The notes under the pieces were generated by a model, which did not search any database, was not told the DNA's origin, and saw nothing but the letters and a program-made list of their open reading frames with translations. DNA of 64,000 nt, from the NCBI RefSeq assembly GCF_035594765.1, contig NC_085842.1, positions 301,119,749-301,183,748 on the forward strand, in the 5' to 3' direction. A program made the position numbers and the translations under genes. The stretch is from Anolis carolinensis (Eukaryota). Numbering within the stretch: position 1 is the first letter of the stretch; each line of letters opens with the position of its first letter. Below are positions 52,870 through 64,000 of this stretch, piece by piece.

Positions 52870-52904
52870 CACTAAACTATTGTAAGTTTAGTGGACAAAA
52901 GACA

Positions 52905-53136
52905 GGGGCCGGGCTGTGGTGCAGGCTGTTGAGCAACCAGCTGCAACAAATCACTCTGACCAAGAGGTCATGAGTTCGAGGCCAGCTCGGAGCCCTGTGT
53001 TTGTCTTGTCTTTGTTCTATGTTAAGGCATTGAATGTTTGCCTTATATGTGTAATGTGATCCGCCCTGAGTCCCCTTCGGGGTGAGAAGGGCGGAATATA
53101 AATACTGTAAATAAATAAATAAATAAATAAATAAAT
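52905..53136 (+). mobile_element. Anolis SINE2-like element
   Basis: homologous to 44444-44686, (TAAA)n tail. Confidence 0.85.
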
Positions 53137-53383
53137 ATAAAATGTGCTAATAAATAAATATGTTGTCAAAACCAGCAAAGCTGTGGGTAAGTCAGCCAAT
53201 CTCAGGTGGTGTTTTGAAGACTGCCTGATACAGTCGTCTTATATTCATTTACTCAGAATTCAAAATATCTCTCTTTAACAGCCATGATCGTTTTGTAATT
53301 AGTGTTTCAATCATGATTCATTTCCCTCAGTGAGCCACAAACCCATTAAGCTAATTGATTCTAGTCACACGTTCTCTCAACCT

Positions 53384-53648
53384 GGAGCCCCTGGTGACAC
53401 AGTGGGTTAAACCCTTGTGCCGGCAGGACTGCTGACCAAACTGTCAGCAATGTGAATCCAGGAAGAGGGGTGAGCCCCTGTCTGTCAGCTGCAGCTTCTC
53501 ACGCGGGAACATGAGAGAAGCCTCCCACAGGATGGTAAAACATCCGGGCATCCCCTGGGCAGTGTCCTTGCAGACGGCCAATTCTCTCACATCAAAAGCA
53601 ACTTGCAATTTTTCAAGTCACTCCCGACACCAAAAAAAAAAAAAAAAA
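53384..53648 (+). mobile_element. tRNA-derived SINE with A17 tail, apparently inserted in an older MIR-like remnant
   Basis: ggagcccctggtgacacagtgggttaa head; same family as 14613-14848. Confidence 0.8.
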
Positions 53649-53897
53649 CTTCACAGGGTTTTTGTCAGAATAAATTGCAGAAGCCAACCATGCACACCCT
53701 GAAAGGGATGCAGGATAACAATGAAGAAATGAATATATAATTCTATGGAAGCATTTTCTTCCTCCTTGAGTCTTCATCCAGAGCTATCTAGTACTTTATT
53801 GTATCCCTACTTATTCATATGACTGCAAGTCTGCTGGATATTATTTATACACAATTGACCAGTTCTTTTTACTTTTCTGCTTTTTTTTTCCCACTAG

Positions 53898-53939
53898 GTT
53901 TCACCAAACCTGGCACCAATGAAGCAGATTTCAACCTGA
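53898..53939 (+). CDS. OXCT1: OXCT1 terminal coding exon 17 equivalent (42 nt including TGA)
   Basis: long T tract then ccactag|GTT TCA CCA AAC CTG GCA CCA ATG AAG CAG ATT TCA ACC TGA; VSPNLAPMKQIST*, resembling the mammalian VSPKLMPMQQI end. Confidence 0.93.
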   Translation, partial: VSPNLAPMKQIST

Positions 53940-54163
53940 GAAGAAGATTGGGCCTATCTTCTATGCTTCCATTAAAGGGGAATCAAATATCTGTTTAGCA
54001 ATGATACATTTTAAAAGAGATCTTTGTAAGTAGTTCTTTGGTTAGTTAGCATCAGCCTGACTATTAACTCAGTAAATGTTTATTTGCGCACAACAGCTTC
54101 CCAAAATTAAACCCTATTTGGTACCTAGATATTTATAATGATCACAGGGCAAATTTGGCTATT

Positions 54164-54169
54164 AATAAA
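54164..54169 (+). terminator. candidate proximal poly(A) signal AATAAA
   Basis: first canonical hexamer about 225 nt after the stop codon; use not demonstrable from sequence alone. Confidence 0.35.
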
Positions 54170-54703
54170 GAATGGCAAGAGGCAGTACTGCAGTTTGGGT
54201 GATCATATCTCTGTTTTATTAAACTGAGATATACATGTGCACTCCATACCTTAAACTGAGATATGCAGATGCCTTTTCCTGATACATGCAACCTTGTTGC
54301 ATGAGCCGTGCTGAAGTTTTTAAGTAACCCAGTTTCCCATTTATTTATTTTTGAACTGGGAAACTGTGGTTATCAACTTCAGAAAAATCCAGGATCCTCA
54401 GTCAAATTTTATCTCTCTAAATGCAAATGTTGGCTTCCAGGTCTAATCTGAATACTGTAACATTGTGCGGAGGCCACATTGATACACCATGTTAACTTGA
54501 AAGTGCCTATACATGGTTGCAACCGCGTGCGCACACAGAAAAAATAAAAAGGTACAGACCCAACTGGCTGATTGAAAGTATATGGGTAAAAGGAACTTTT
54601 GACCATATGGGTATTTTAATCAATTAGAAAGAAAGTTTGCATTATAGGCCAGATCTGATCAAAAGTTACCATTTTCAGATTTTCATGTTTCTGTCCTCTA
54701 AGC

Positions 54704-54838
54704 CAATGGTTCCCAACTTTTGGCCTGTCAATTGCTTTGGACTTCAACTCCCAGAAATCCCAGCCAGCTTACCAGCTGTTAGGTATTGTGGGAGCTGAAG
54801 TCCAAAACACCTGGAGGACCAAAGGTTGGGAACCGCTA
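54704..54838. mobile_element. palindromic hAT MITE downstream of the stop codon
   Basis: perfect TSD CTCTAAGC; arms ggttcccaactttt/aaaggttgggaacc and tttggacttcaactccca/tgggagctgaagtccaaa. Confidence 0.88.
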
Positions 54839-55464
54839 CTCTAAGCTGCAAAGAAAGTGGAAAGTCTCTACAAATAGGCCTGGTAAATTTTTTGAAGTCA
54901 AAAAGTTTGCTTTTGAGATTTTCACTGGAAAGAGGATGGGGCCTCTGCCTCCTCATGCCTCCTATATGACTCCATAAAATCTGAGCACTTACTAAGATTC
55001 AGCATATAAATAAATTGTTCTTACTTGAGTAAAACATGTGAAGTAAATAGGTGCCTATTTGTTTATGATGCATACCTTAGTCCATAGAATCCAGACATTC
55101 TTTGTGCATTACCTTACCATTTAAGTTTGCTTATTTAAATCCTGGATCTGCCTAGCACTTATTTCCATAGGAAAGAGATGGTGAGTCTGATCACCTTTCA
55201 CATTGTGGTGGTTCTGTTGTGATGAAAGTTGTTGTCATGATAAAAATGGATGACTGCTTTTTTTAAAAAAAACAACGAACTTTTAATAATTGCAAATACA
55301 AATGCAGAGATGCATCAAGCATGTGGATTCTGTCTTCCCATGGTTAACAATGAATTAATTCGCACAACTGTCTAGTGACAACAGTAAAAGTAAGGTAGGA
55401 TCCCCATATGACAATCTCTGTGCCATTTACATGTTGTATAGTTCTTATACCATCTGAAATTGGA

Positions 55465-55510
55465 ATTAAAACAGTGGCATATGAAGTCTCTTGTTGTCTT
55501 TCTTGGTTAG
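55465..55510 (+). terminator. candidate distal poly(A) site of OXCT1 (ATTAAA plus GU/U-rich downstream element)
   Basis: TGTA upstream, ATTAAA at 55465-55470, then TCTCTTGTTGTCTTTCTTGGTT; would give a 3' UTR of about 1.55 kb. Confidence 0.5.
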
Positions 55511-57469
55511 GCATTTTCACATGTCTGTACCTTTCCTTTTCCAAATCCAAAGCTTGGATGTCTCCAAACAGCTAGTGAGCAAGCTATCCTGAATGGCAAA
55601 GAATGCTACAGCAGAGTAGACAATATTTGGGGATGTTTAGGCTGCTGGTATCAGAGAACAGAATGGTGTTGGTTTATGAAACTGCACACTTAATCTTAGC
55701 CAAAAGGCTGGGAAGCTATAAATCCATGAAAATATGGCCGTCCGGTGAGAATTTCCCTTCAATAGATTATCTGTTTCTTAGAATCATTACATGCTTGGGA
55801 TTGTACAATGGCTGAGAAGACAGTGATTATCATTCAAAATATAGTACCAGGTGCTCTTTACCTTTGAGGTGAGAAGCGATGACTTTTGATAAATTTCAAG
55901 GCAACTGTGCGTTGATTCCAAAGGGACTTATTTCTACATAGCTGTATTGGGGATTGCAGCCTTTAGTGTTTCAAAGTTACATTGCTTATGTCAGTAAGAC
56001 ACTCATTTAAGCACACACACACACACCCAGTAACTTTATATGGGCAACCATTGGGCAACCATTGAATATTAGAGTACCATCTTGCTTCCCTGGAAATCTT
56101 GGAAGGGCTAACCCCTTGCTGCAACCCTTCAAAATGATCCTCCATGTCTGTAGGGGCCAATTCACCAATTTTTTGCCTTCTCTGGGTCATTTAAATTCAA
56201 AGAAAGACCAAAAAATAGCAATACAGATTCAATGACTCTCTAGTACTGCGAAGTTTTTCATGCAAAGTTACGAGCACTGCAAAAGCATTCCAGCTACAAA
56301 CCAGTATATCGTAAAAAAGAGAGAAAATATGGTTGTTCCTTAATGCATGAAGGAACAATATCAAATAGATGTTTTGTGGCTTGCCAGAGAGAAAACAATA
56401 AAGGGTGTAAGTATCACTTTATTGCTGTAGGCATTAATGGATTTAGACAATAGTAGTGGGCAGAAAACTCTGTAGTTCCACGAATTGAATGAGGACAATT
56501 TTATGTTGGTGGAGTCACTTGAGAGTCAGCCCATTACCTAATTTGCTGGCAGCAATTTCAGATGTTCTAGCAATCAATTGATAACTGCCGTTGTCGCATA
56601 AAAAGCCCATTTCACATTACCTTCTGGGTGATTATTCAAGCTAGATTGGATGATTAGAAACATGTAAAAATCAAGACAAAAAAGCTTAATGTGAGACTGA
56701 TGGAAGTGCATTTCATCCAGTTGTGCTTTGGTTCACATTTCATGCCTCTTGCTCAAGAGCAGTTTCAGAACTTGATAAAGTTACTTTTTTAAAACTATAG
56801 CTCCCAGAATTCACAAGTCAGATGTAAACAAACCATCTTCTCTCAAGATTTTTCTTAGTGTGTTTCCCACTCTAGAGCGGGAGACTCCATCACATTCGCA
56901 GGCAGCATATCCCATGACCAAAAAGCTCTATCATCAAGATGTTTTCCCTAATGTTTCGGTGGATTTTTTTTTTTTTGCAGTTTAAAACCACTGCTCCACC
57001 AGAGCAGCATAAAACAGGTTTGAATAATGAATCTTCTCCTGGTTAAAGTCCAAACTTTAAAGGAGCTCTGTTGGGCTCACCACTTGTCTCCTTTGATAGT
57101 AAAACCACATTGCTGCCTGATTTTATCAAGTGCAAATTGGGTGTGTGTGGAAACCACTACCAGCTTGCAGATATTAATCTTTATGGAGAATGTCTGACTT
57201 GCATCAGCAAAAATATATATGCATGGACCCTCAGGCTGTGACTCTTCCATGACCCCATTAAATCTAGCTTTCTCACATACATTTTTCCAGTTAATAGAAA
57301 TGTTATGAAACAAATATCATTCTTAAGACAATAGTCCATTAAGAACTTTTTTATTAATCCCGGCTCTAGATAGATTTGCATATGGATGAACAGCATGCCT
57401 GAAGATAAAATCGCACTTCCTTATCTTTAAGTGAATTATTTCCCCACATCAGAGGGAGAAAGTAAATTA

Positions 57470-58000
57470 CCATTCATAGTGCTGGAAGAGACTGAAAGGT
57501 CCAGCAAATCCAACGCATTGTGATGCAGGAACACACCTCTAAAACCTTCTAGAAAAATATAGCCATCCATGTTTACATAGAACTATAGAATAATCGAGTG
57601 GAAAGAGGCCACATGGGCTATCTAAAGACCTCCAAAGATGGAGAGTCAATCACACTTTGAGGCAATGTCAAACAGTGCTTAATGTAAATATCTTAATGTT
57701 TCAGTGGAATCTCTTTGTTTCTTGATTCTATTGATTCACGTTCTGGTTTCTGGAACAGCAGAAAGCAAACTCACTCCATCTTCTATATGTCATTTCTTCA
57801 GGCATTTAAAGCTATCATGTTACTTCTCAGTCCTTTCTAAACATAACCAGCTCCCTCAGCCTTTTTTCACAGTGATCGGTTTCTAGACCTTTATGTTATC
57901 TGCCTTTATATAGGTTCCAGCTTCACAATGTATTTCTTGAACGGTGTTACCCAGAACTGGACACAGCATTGCAAGTGAAGTCTGACTAAAGAAGAATAGT
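57470..58000 (-). mobile_element. decayed CR1 LINE fragment
   Basis: catagtgctggaagagac, cccagaactggacacagcatt and aaccagctccctcagcc are antisense CR1 motifs. Confidence 0.65.
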
Positions 58001-59094
58001 CTACACTTTGAAAGAAGAAGGTGCCGAGCAGATCTTTCTGCTAACATTTAACCACCTTCTCCACTTTATGACCCTACCATTTTCTTGTTCTTTCTCTTGT
58101 TGAAATACTGTGGCTGTTGTTCCTCATTGTTGCTGAGTAAGAATAGTTTAGAATTCATTGTATAGTTGCACAGTCACAACATGGTTCTTGATAGGTCTGC
58201 TTCTGTATGTCACATTCTTCCTGGTGTCTGCCTCTTGTGTTTTGAGAATTATTACCCACCCCACCCCACCCGATAAAATCTTGCCCTATGTTCCTTCAAG
58301 TAGAATCCTCCCAAAAAATCTTCATTCTCCCTGGTACATTGTGTAGCTTCACAAGGCTGAACCAGCTGCACCTTCTCTTTCCGTAGGGCAACTAACATGC
58401 ATTAAAATGTTAATATTACAAATTCATTTGCCATTCAGTTAATCTGTGGGAATTTCCACATTAAAGATGAATCTTACACTACTTGTCTCGAGGTCAGTGC
58501 AACTGAACTCAATAAGACATATTCTGACTCTGTGTAAAGATATGCAGAGTATTGAAGTGTAAAATATTTAAGCCAATTAATTGGTTAAACATTGCAGCCC
58601 TGTCTGTTATGCCTCAATTTCCTTTGATAGATATTTAAGCTGTGCATTAATTTAATCTCTTTTTAAACCCACTTTGAAAAAAAAACCCCACTGTAGCTTT
58701 GTAGTAAGGTTTCTGAAGTGCTGACATGACACTTCGTGCTTAAGCTTCTGAGGAGCAGTCTTCAAAACCAGAAAAAGAAAGAATATTGGGTGGAAGGGCC
58801 ACGTGAAGTATTCATTCCTCATGTCATTCTTATAAATCTATTAGATAAGCCTCCAAGCTCCAGAATTGGTTATGTAGTTATAAAACTTCTTCTTGAAGAT
58901 GAAGCATTTCAACTGGAATGGAAATAGGGAAGCCCATTACCAGCATTTCTCACCTTTGGTATATTCTGGGAAGGGTTGCTTCATGCCCTATAGTGTAAAA
59001 ATCTTCCCACATTTAAGGGCCAGAATGCTTGTCCCATACAAACACTAAATGGGAAATCATTTTTTTGAGAAAGAGGCAAATACATGATCCTCAA

Positions 59095-59452
59095 CTTACT
59101 TAAGTGATCCCTGGTTGTTTGAGTATGATGGCCTTCCAAGTGCAGTGTCTTGACGCTGGATACGTAGGTGACTATTCTTGCCCCGCATGTTTTTCCACAG
59201 TGAAGACATCAGTTTCCAGATGGAATGCAGTCCCGATCCCAGCTTGACACGCCTTCCTCTTGGCACATTTTCCCCTTTTGCCCTCCAGTCGAGCCTCTTT
59301 AAAATCCACAGCACTGCTGGTCACAGCTGACCTCAAGCTAGAGCACTCAAGGGCAAGGGCATCCCAGTTCTCAGTGTCTATGCCACAGTTTTTAAGATTG
59401 GCTTTAAGCACATCTTTAAATATCTTTTCTTGTCCACCAACATTCCGTTTTT
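59095..59452 (-). mobile_element. RTE-clade LINE 3' fragment
   Basis: ORF remnant KRNVGGQEKIFKDVLKANLKNCGIDTENWDALALECSSLRSAV (RTE C-terminus) and (TAAG)n tail. Confidence 0.85.
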
Positions 59453-60974
59453 GGTTGCCAAATGGTAGCTTGACACAGCTCTGTTTCTTCAATTACAGCA
59501 GTCACTGTATAGCCTCAGCTGTCTATGAGGAAAGCTCTGTTGTGCCACTGACTCGTTGGCTATCTCCATCCTCCTTCCATTCCTCCATGACCAAGGCATC
59601 AATACTTGACACTCTTGTCAGTTTCAAACAGGATTGCAGCTTTTGGGTGATTAATAAAACATCAGTAAGATAAAAAAATAATATCACCAGGCTAGTGAGA
59701 AACATTTGTGGGAAAAGCGCTATAGAAGTTCACTGGTATTGATTCATTCATTCTGCCTTTCTCACAATAATGCTTTTTTACATGCAGAATGTTTCCACTT
59801 CAATCCCTGATACCTGCAACTATTAACTTTCTAGAGAGCTTGAACCAATCAGAATAGTTCAAAAGCCTTCTTACACTACACAATTATAATGCAACGATTC
59901 CACTTTAACTGCTATGGTTCCATCCTATGGAATGCTGAGATTTTCAGTTTTCCAGTGCCTGATGCAATCTGAACAGTGAATGGCATGAGTGGAACAGTGA
60001 TGACTTTCAGAATGGGATGCCTAATTTTCTGAGATCACATATTTCATGTCACAGCAATAGAACCTTGAGATACCCTTTTAAAAGCAGGTATGTATTAATG
60101 TATCTATGATTTGATTGGAAGGGAATGGATTTGCTAACAATTGGATCAGAAATATGGAAATTAAGAAGATCTAAACGGTGACTGTTATAGTACCAACAGT
60201 GGTAAGTCATAAAACAGTAGTTGGCAGGATGCTTGTGTCATCGTGATTGAATGTTCATTGTTTGGTCTAACCCAGATCAGTGTTCTTGATCTGAAGATCA
60301 ACATGACCAACATTTGGCATGCTTAACCATGACTACAAGGCCTCCAAAGCACAGCCAATGTAGAAAAAAGACATCACTATTTGTTCTAGTTTCTTCACAA
60401 CATGTTTTTACATGGCAGACTTTTGCCACACATTTTGCCTTCCCTTTCACACATCCCAAAATACACATTTGAAGGACTCTGGCTATTTGTTGTCCTTTTA
60501 TCTGTTCTTTCGTACACACACCACTTGAGCCATATTCTTTAAAGTATCATGTTCAGTTCAAATTAAAATTTCATGTGTGCTTTGATCATTGTGTATTGCC
60601 AAGAAAATGTGGTATGATCTAGTGCACAGCTTGTCAGGTTGTCTCATCATATCACATTTCTAGAATACAAGAATCCAATTCAAGCTGTTATAATTGAAAG
60701 AGCATAAGGTTGCCAGGAATAGCAGCTGCAGGACTTATCCGTTGACAGGCATCTTGCTTAGGAATTATTGCATCTCTGCTATACTTGCTCTGGCACATTT
60801 TAGCCAAACAGACTGTTATTCTTAATGACTGTGTTCTTATAGCTTAATTCCGCGATTGTTTTTTGGGGTGGTAGGGATGGACCATTCTTACTCTTCTTTC
60901 ATTTTTGGAGCTACTTAATTTGCAAAAAAGAAAGATGTAGAGATGCAGTTGTTCATAATGGTTTTATTTACTTA

Positions 60975-62069
60975 CCTTATATACTTGAGTATAAGCCAAC
61001 CTAAATATAAGCTGAGGCAACTAATTTTAACACAAAAACTGGGAAAACTTATAGACTCAAGTATAAGCCTAGGGTGGGAAATGCAGCAGCTACTGGTACA
61101 TTTCAAAATAAAAATAGATACCAATAAAATTACATTAATTGAGGTACATGTAGGTTAAATGTTTTTGAATATTTACTGTATTTCAAAGAAAAACAGTAAA
61201 CTAGCTCTGTAGGGTCAACAAAAACAATATGGTATCAACAATAACATAATAATAATAATAACAATAATTACACTTCATTTATATCCCGCCCTATCTCCCC
61301 ATGGGGACTCAGGCTAGCTTCCAACGTACTAACAGGCAAACATTCAATGCCTATATAAACAATGCAGAACTAGACATAGATCTATAACTATATGCTAATT
61401 TCACATATGCATTTCCCCTTTAAATGTTTGCACACCTTCTCTCTATATATGTGCATTTCCCTCCTGCAATATTTGCAAGCCCTATATATCTATATTTATA
61501 TCAATCTAGACATCTCTCTCTATGTATGTGTGTGCATTTCCCCTGCAATATCTGCAAACCCTATATATCTATATTCATATCTATCTAGACATCACTCTGT
61601 ATATAGTTATATCTATATAGGATTTGTAGAGACTTGCAAACATGAGGAGAAAATTAATATATAAAAATAATGTATCCATATAGATACAGATATACAGGTA
61701 CAGGGAAATCTCCCTGTACATAGGGATTACAAAGGTTTGCAGGAGGAAATACCTATATACCTGTAGGAGAGATTATCAAATATTTCAGGGGATTTTATAT
61801 GATTAATGGAAATATATATTTTCATCTTCCTGACTTACAAGGGCTTCTCTCCCTTTTCAAAATATTCCCTTGGTTAAGAGTGAGGGAGGCTTTGGAAAAG
61901 AAAACAATGATAACGGAGGGTAAGAGGTGAGATAAATATATCATATATTGCAAGCAATGGCTGCCAAGCTCTGCTGCCTGGCTTGATCTTGACCCCATTA
62001 TAAGCTGAGGGAGGTTGTTTCAGCTTTAAAAAGGGATGAAAAACTTGGCTTATCTTTGAGTATATACAG
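60975..62069. mobile_element. Tc2/pogo-like non-autonomous element with an internal SINE tail and low-complexity cargo (1095 bp)
   Basis: TA|CCTTATATACTTGAGTATAAGCC...GGCTTATCTTTGAGTATATACAG|TA; repeated TATAAGC motifs. Confidence 0.75.
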
Positions 62070-64000
62070 TATATGTTATAAGGATAATTTCATTGAATCA
62101 TTCAGCCTTAAAACTTGAAGGGGACTACAAGGGTTCATTTAGTTCAACCATCTCCCATTCAAGAATACACAACTACTGCATTTGTAAAAGTTGCCCACAT
62201 AGAGTAAGAACCGGTGCACAAGATTTAAGATTATAGCGCAGTAGTAGAATGCATGGTTTGCAAATAAAGAAATCCCAAGTTCAGTCTCTGGTGTCTCTGT
62301 GTAATAGGAGCAGCCAAAGAATTGCCTTCAAGAATTAATATTTTGCTAAAACTTAAGTAGAGTTGGGTAAAAAAAAGGTTTGCAGGAGTTATTATTTTAG
62401 GACACTGAAACCATCTGTCTCTTTCTGTCTATTTTAGGGACAGAGCAGCAACTCTGTAGTAAAGCACACATTCAGGATACTCAATTTCCAAACTGAATCC
62501 ATAAATACCAAAAGCAAAGTGTTTGCAAGACAACCCCAGTTTTTGTATCAGAAACTGCTTCACAAAAAGGAATGTAGAGCTAAGTTCAAATGATGTCAGG
62601 ATGATTCAGGAAGACTAATAGCAGGAGCCTCCAACAATTGGTGGTACTTTCAGATGGTCAATTAGGTCCTAATAGGACATAGGGAGGATGCAAAAGGCTT
62701 TTTTTAAAGGCAGAAGTCACCCGCTCAGGTACAACTCTATGCAGCTCTTTAGATATTGTTGAACTCCAGTTCCCAGCATCCTTCACTAGCCTATTTAATG
62801 GCCAGGAATACCAGAAGTTGTAGTCTAATAATATCTGGAAGTCCATATGATTTCCATCCTGATTTCAGACAAGTCTCTAAACAACAGAATAGGGGTGGAT
62901 AGAATCAAATAATGGAATTGTATATAGATGTGCATTTCAGAGTCTCTCAGACTTATCTCCACAGTCTGGAGGTGATGACACAGTCCTAAACCTTATGGAG
63001 CTCCTACTCAAAAACATTGCTCTATGAGGAAAGGAGATGGTGACTGCTTTTAGTCTCCTTCAGAGTCTACTCTTAGCAGATATATTTCTACATCACTCTT
63101 TGTTATTTCTACCAAACCTAACTGTATGTTCAGTTTAAGAAGGGGACAAATGGCCTTATCAAAAGAGGGAGTTCCAGAACTCAGGTTCACCACATCTAAC
63201 CCCTATCCTAGGCATGCTATTGTATTGTATTGCCTTATTTAGGGTCAATGCTCTCATTTTATCTTAAAATCAACCAAAAAACACATTATTCAATTTAAGT
63301 AAGGGTTGACGGTATTATTTCTAATGAGACTGTATTCTTAATTTACTGCATAGTCCAAAAATTGTTTATCCAGATGATTCCCAGCATCTGCCCTTACCTT
63401 ACTTTGAAGGAGTCCCATGATTGTTCTGAGGGAATTAGGGGTTACTCATGCAATCTGGTCAAGACTTGAGAGGAAAGAGAGTTGTCCTCCAGGTGTTAGC
63501 TCCATATGTGCGACAACGTCCCTTAGCACTATTCAACTGTGAATACTACAAGTGAGTTTGCAAAGCAGAAGCCTGCAAGAAGATCTTTTGACATCCCATA
63601 GAAACCCTTAGAACCATCTTGACTACTGGGTTTCTGGAAGACATAGTCTTCCAAAGTACCTTTTCTGACCTCCATGCTTGGCCTATAATTTGAAACCCAT
63701 CACATTATTGATTGTGTGGAACTACCATTTAGTTGGATCATAATTTTATTCCAAGAGAGAGGAGCTAGAGACATGCTAAGTATGTATAAAGTTACATAAC
63801 CTTAATATACCTGTAGCCTTTTTTCAACATCAACTCTCCTTAGCCATATGGTGGCATTTCCAGCAGTGCCAGCTACTGGGTACAATGCAAAATAAAGCCA
63901 TTTGTCTCAGTGCAGTGCCCTTCATAAATGCCTTGCCATTTACAAGATACCATCCAGAAAGACATTAATTTGTGCAAGAATTTCATTCCCTTGGCATTCT

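Noticed and set aside
53632-53648. A17 tract 250 nt upstream of the last exon as a possible transcript end
   Set aside because: It is a genomic SINE tail; it would cause oligo-dT internal priming artefacts rather than mark a true poly(A) site.
55219-55330. GTGATGA box C-like motif (possible C/D snoRNA)
   Set aside because: No CTGA box D at a suitable distance, no terminal stem, and the site is not intronic.
59172-59673. 106-aa and 137-aa ORFs as possible genes
   Set aside because: An RTE LINE C-terminal remnant and its antisense shadow; 5'-truncated, with no RT or endonuclease domain.
62228-62300. tRNA-like sequence (atagcgcagtagtagaatgc...caagttcagtctctgg)
   Set aside because: Acceptor and anticodon stems do not pair; most likely a decayed tRNA-derived SINE head rather than a tRNA gene.

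Overview
AT-rich vertebrate genomic DNA. The SINE, LINE and MITE families point to a squamate, most likely an Anolis lizard. The window holds the 3' 14 coding exons (homologous to human exons 4-17) of OXCT1, the mitochondrial succinyl-CoA:3-oxoacid CoA-transferase (SCOT) of ketolysis, on the + strand. They run from 11865 to the TGA ending at 53939, followed by a probable ~1.5 kb 3' UTR. Exons 1-3 were not found and presumably lie upstream. The 14 exons splice into one uninterrupted frame of 1285 nt with GT-AG borders and retain the catalytic SENG glutamate. Almost all entries in the ORF track are noise, exon read-throughs or TE fragments. Introns are packed with TEs: tRNA-derived SINEs, CR1/L2/RTE LINE ends, hAT, Tc1/mariner, Harbinger and Chapaev3-like MITEs, two Helitrons and a solo LTR. 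The most notable observations are: (1) a U12-type (minor spliceosome) GT-AG intron just before the catalytic exon; (2) a 2-kb composite Helitron carrying two self-nested MITEs, a Penelope fragment and a SINE; (3) a hAT element with similar cargo; (4) inverted TE pairs that bracket exon 7 and exons 4-6; (5) a solo LTR with coding-like U3; (6) a hairpin MITE in the probable 3' UTR. I found no CRISPR array, rRNA or intact tRNA, and no convincing wholly new protein-coding system. TE family names come from recognition of motifs, not from a database search.
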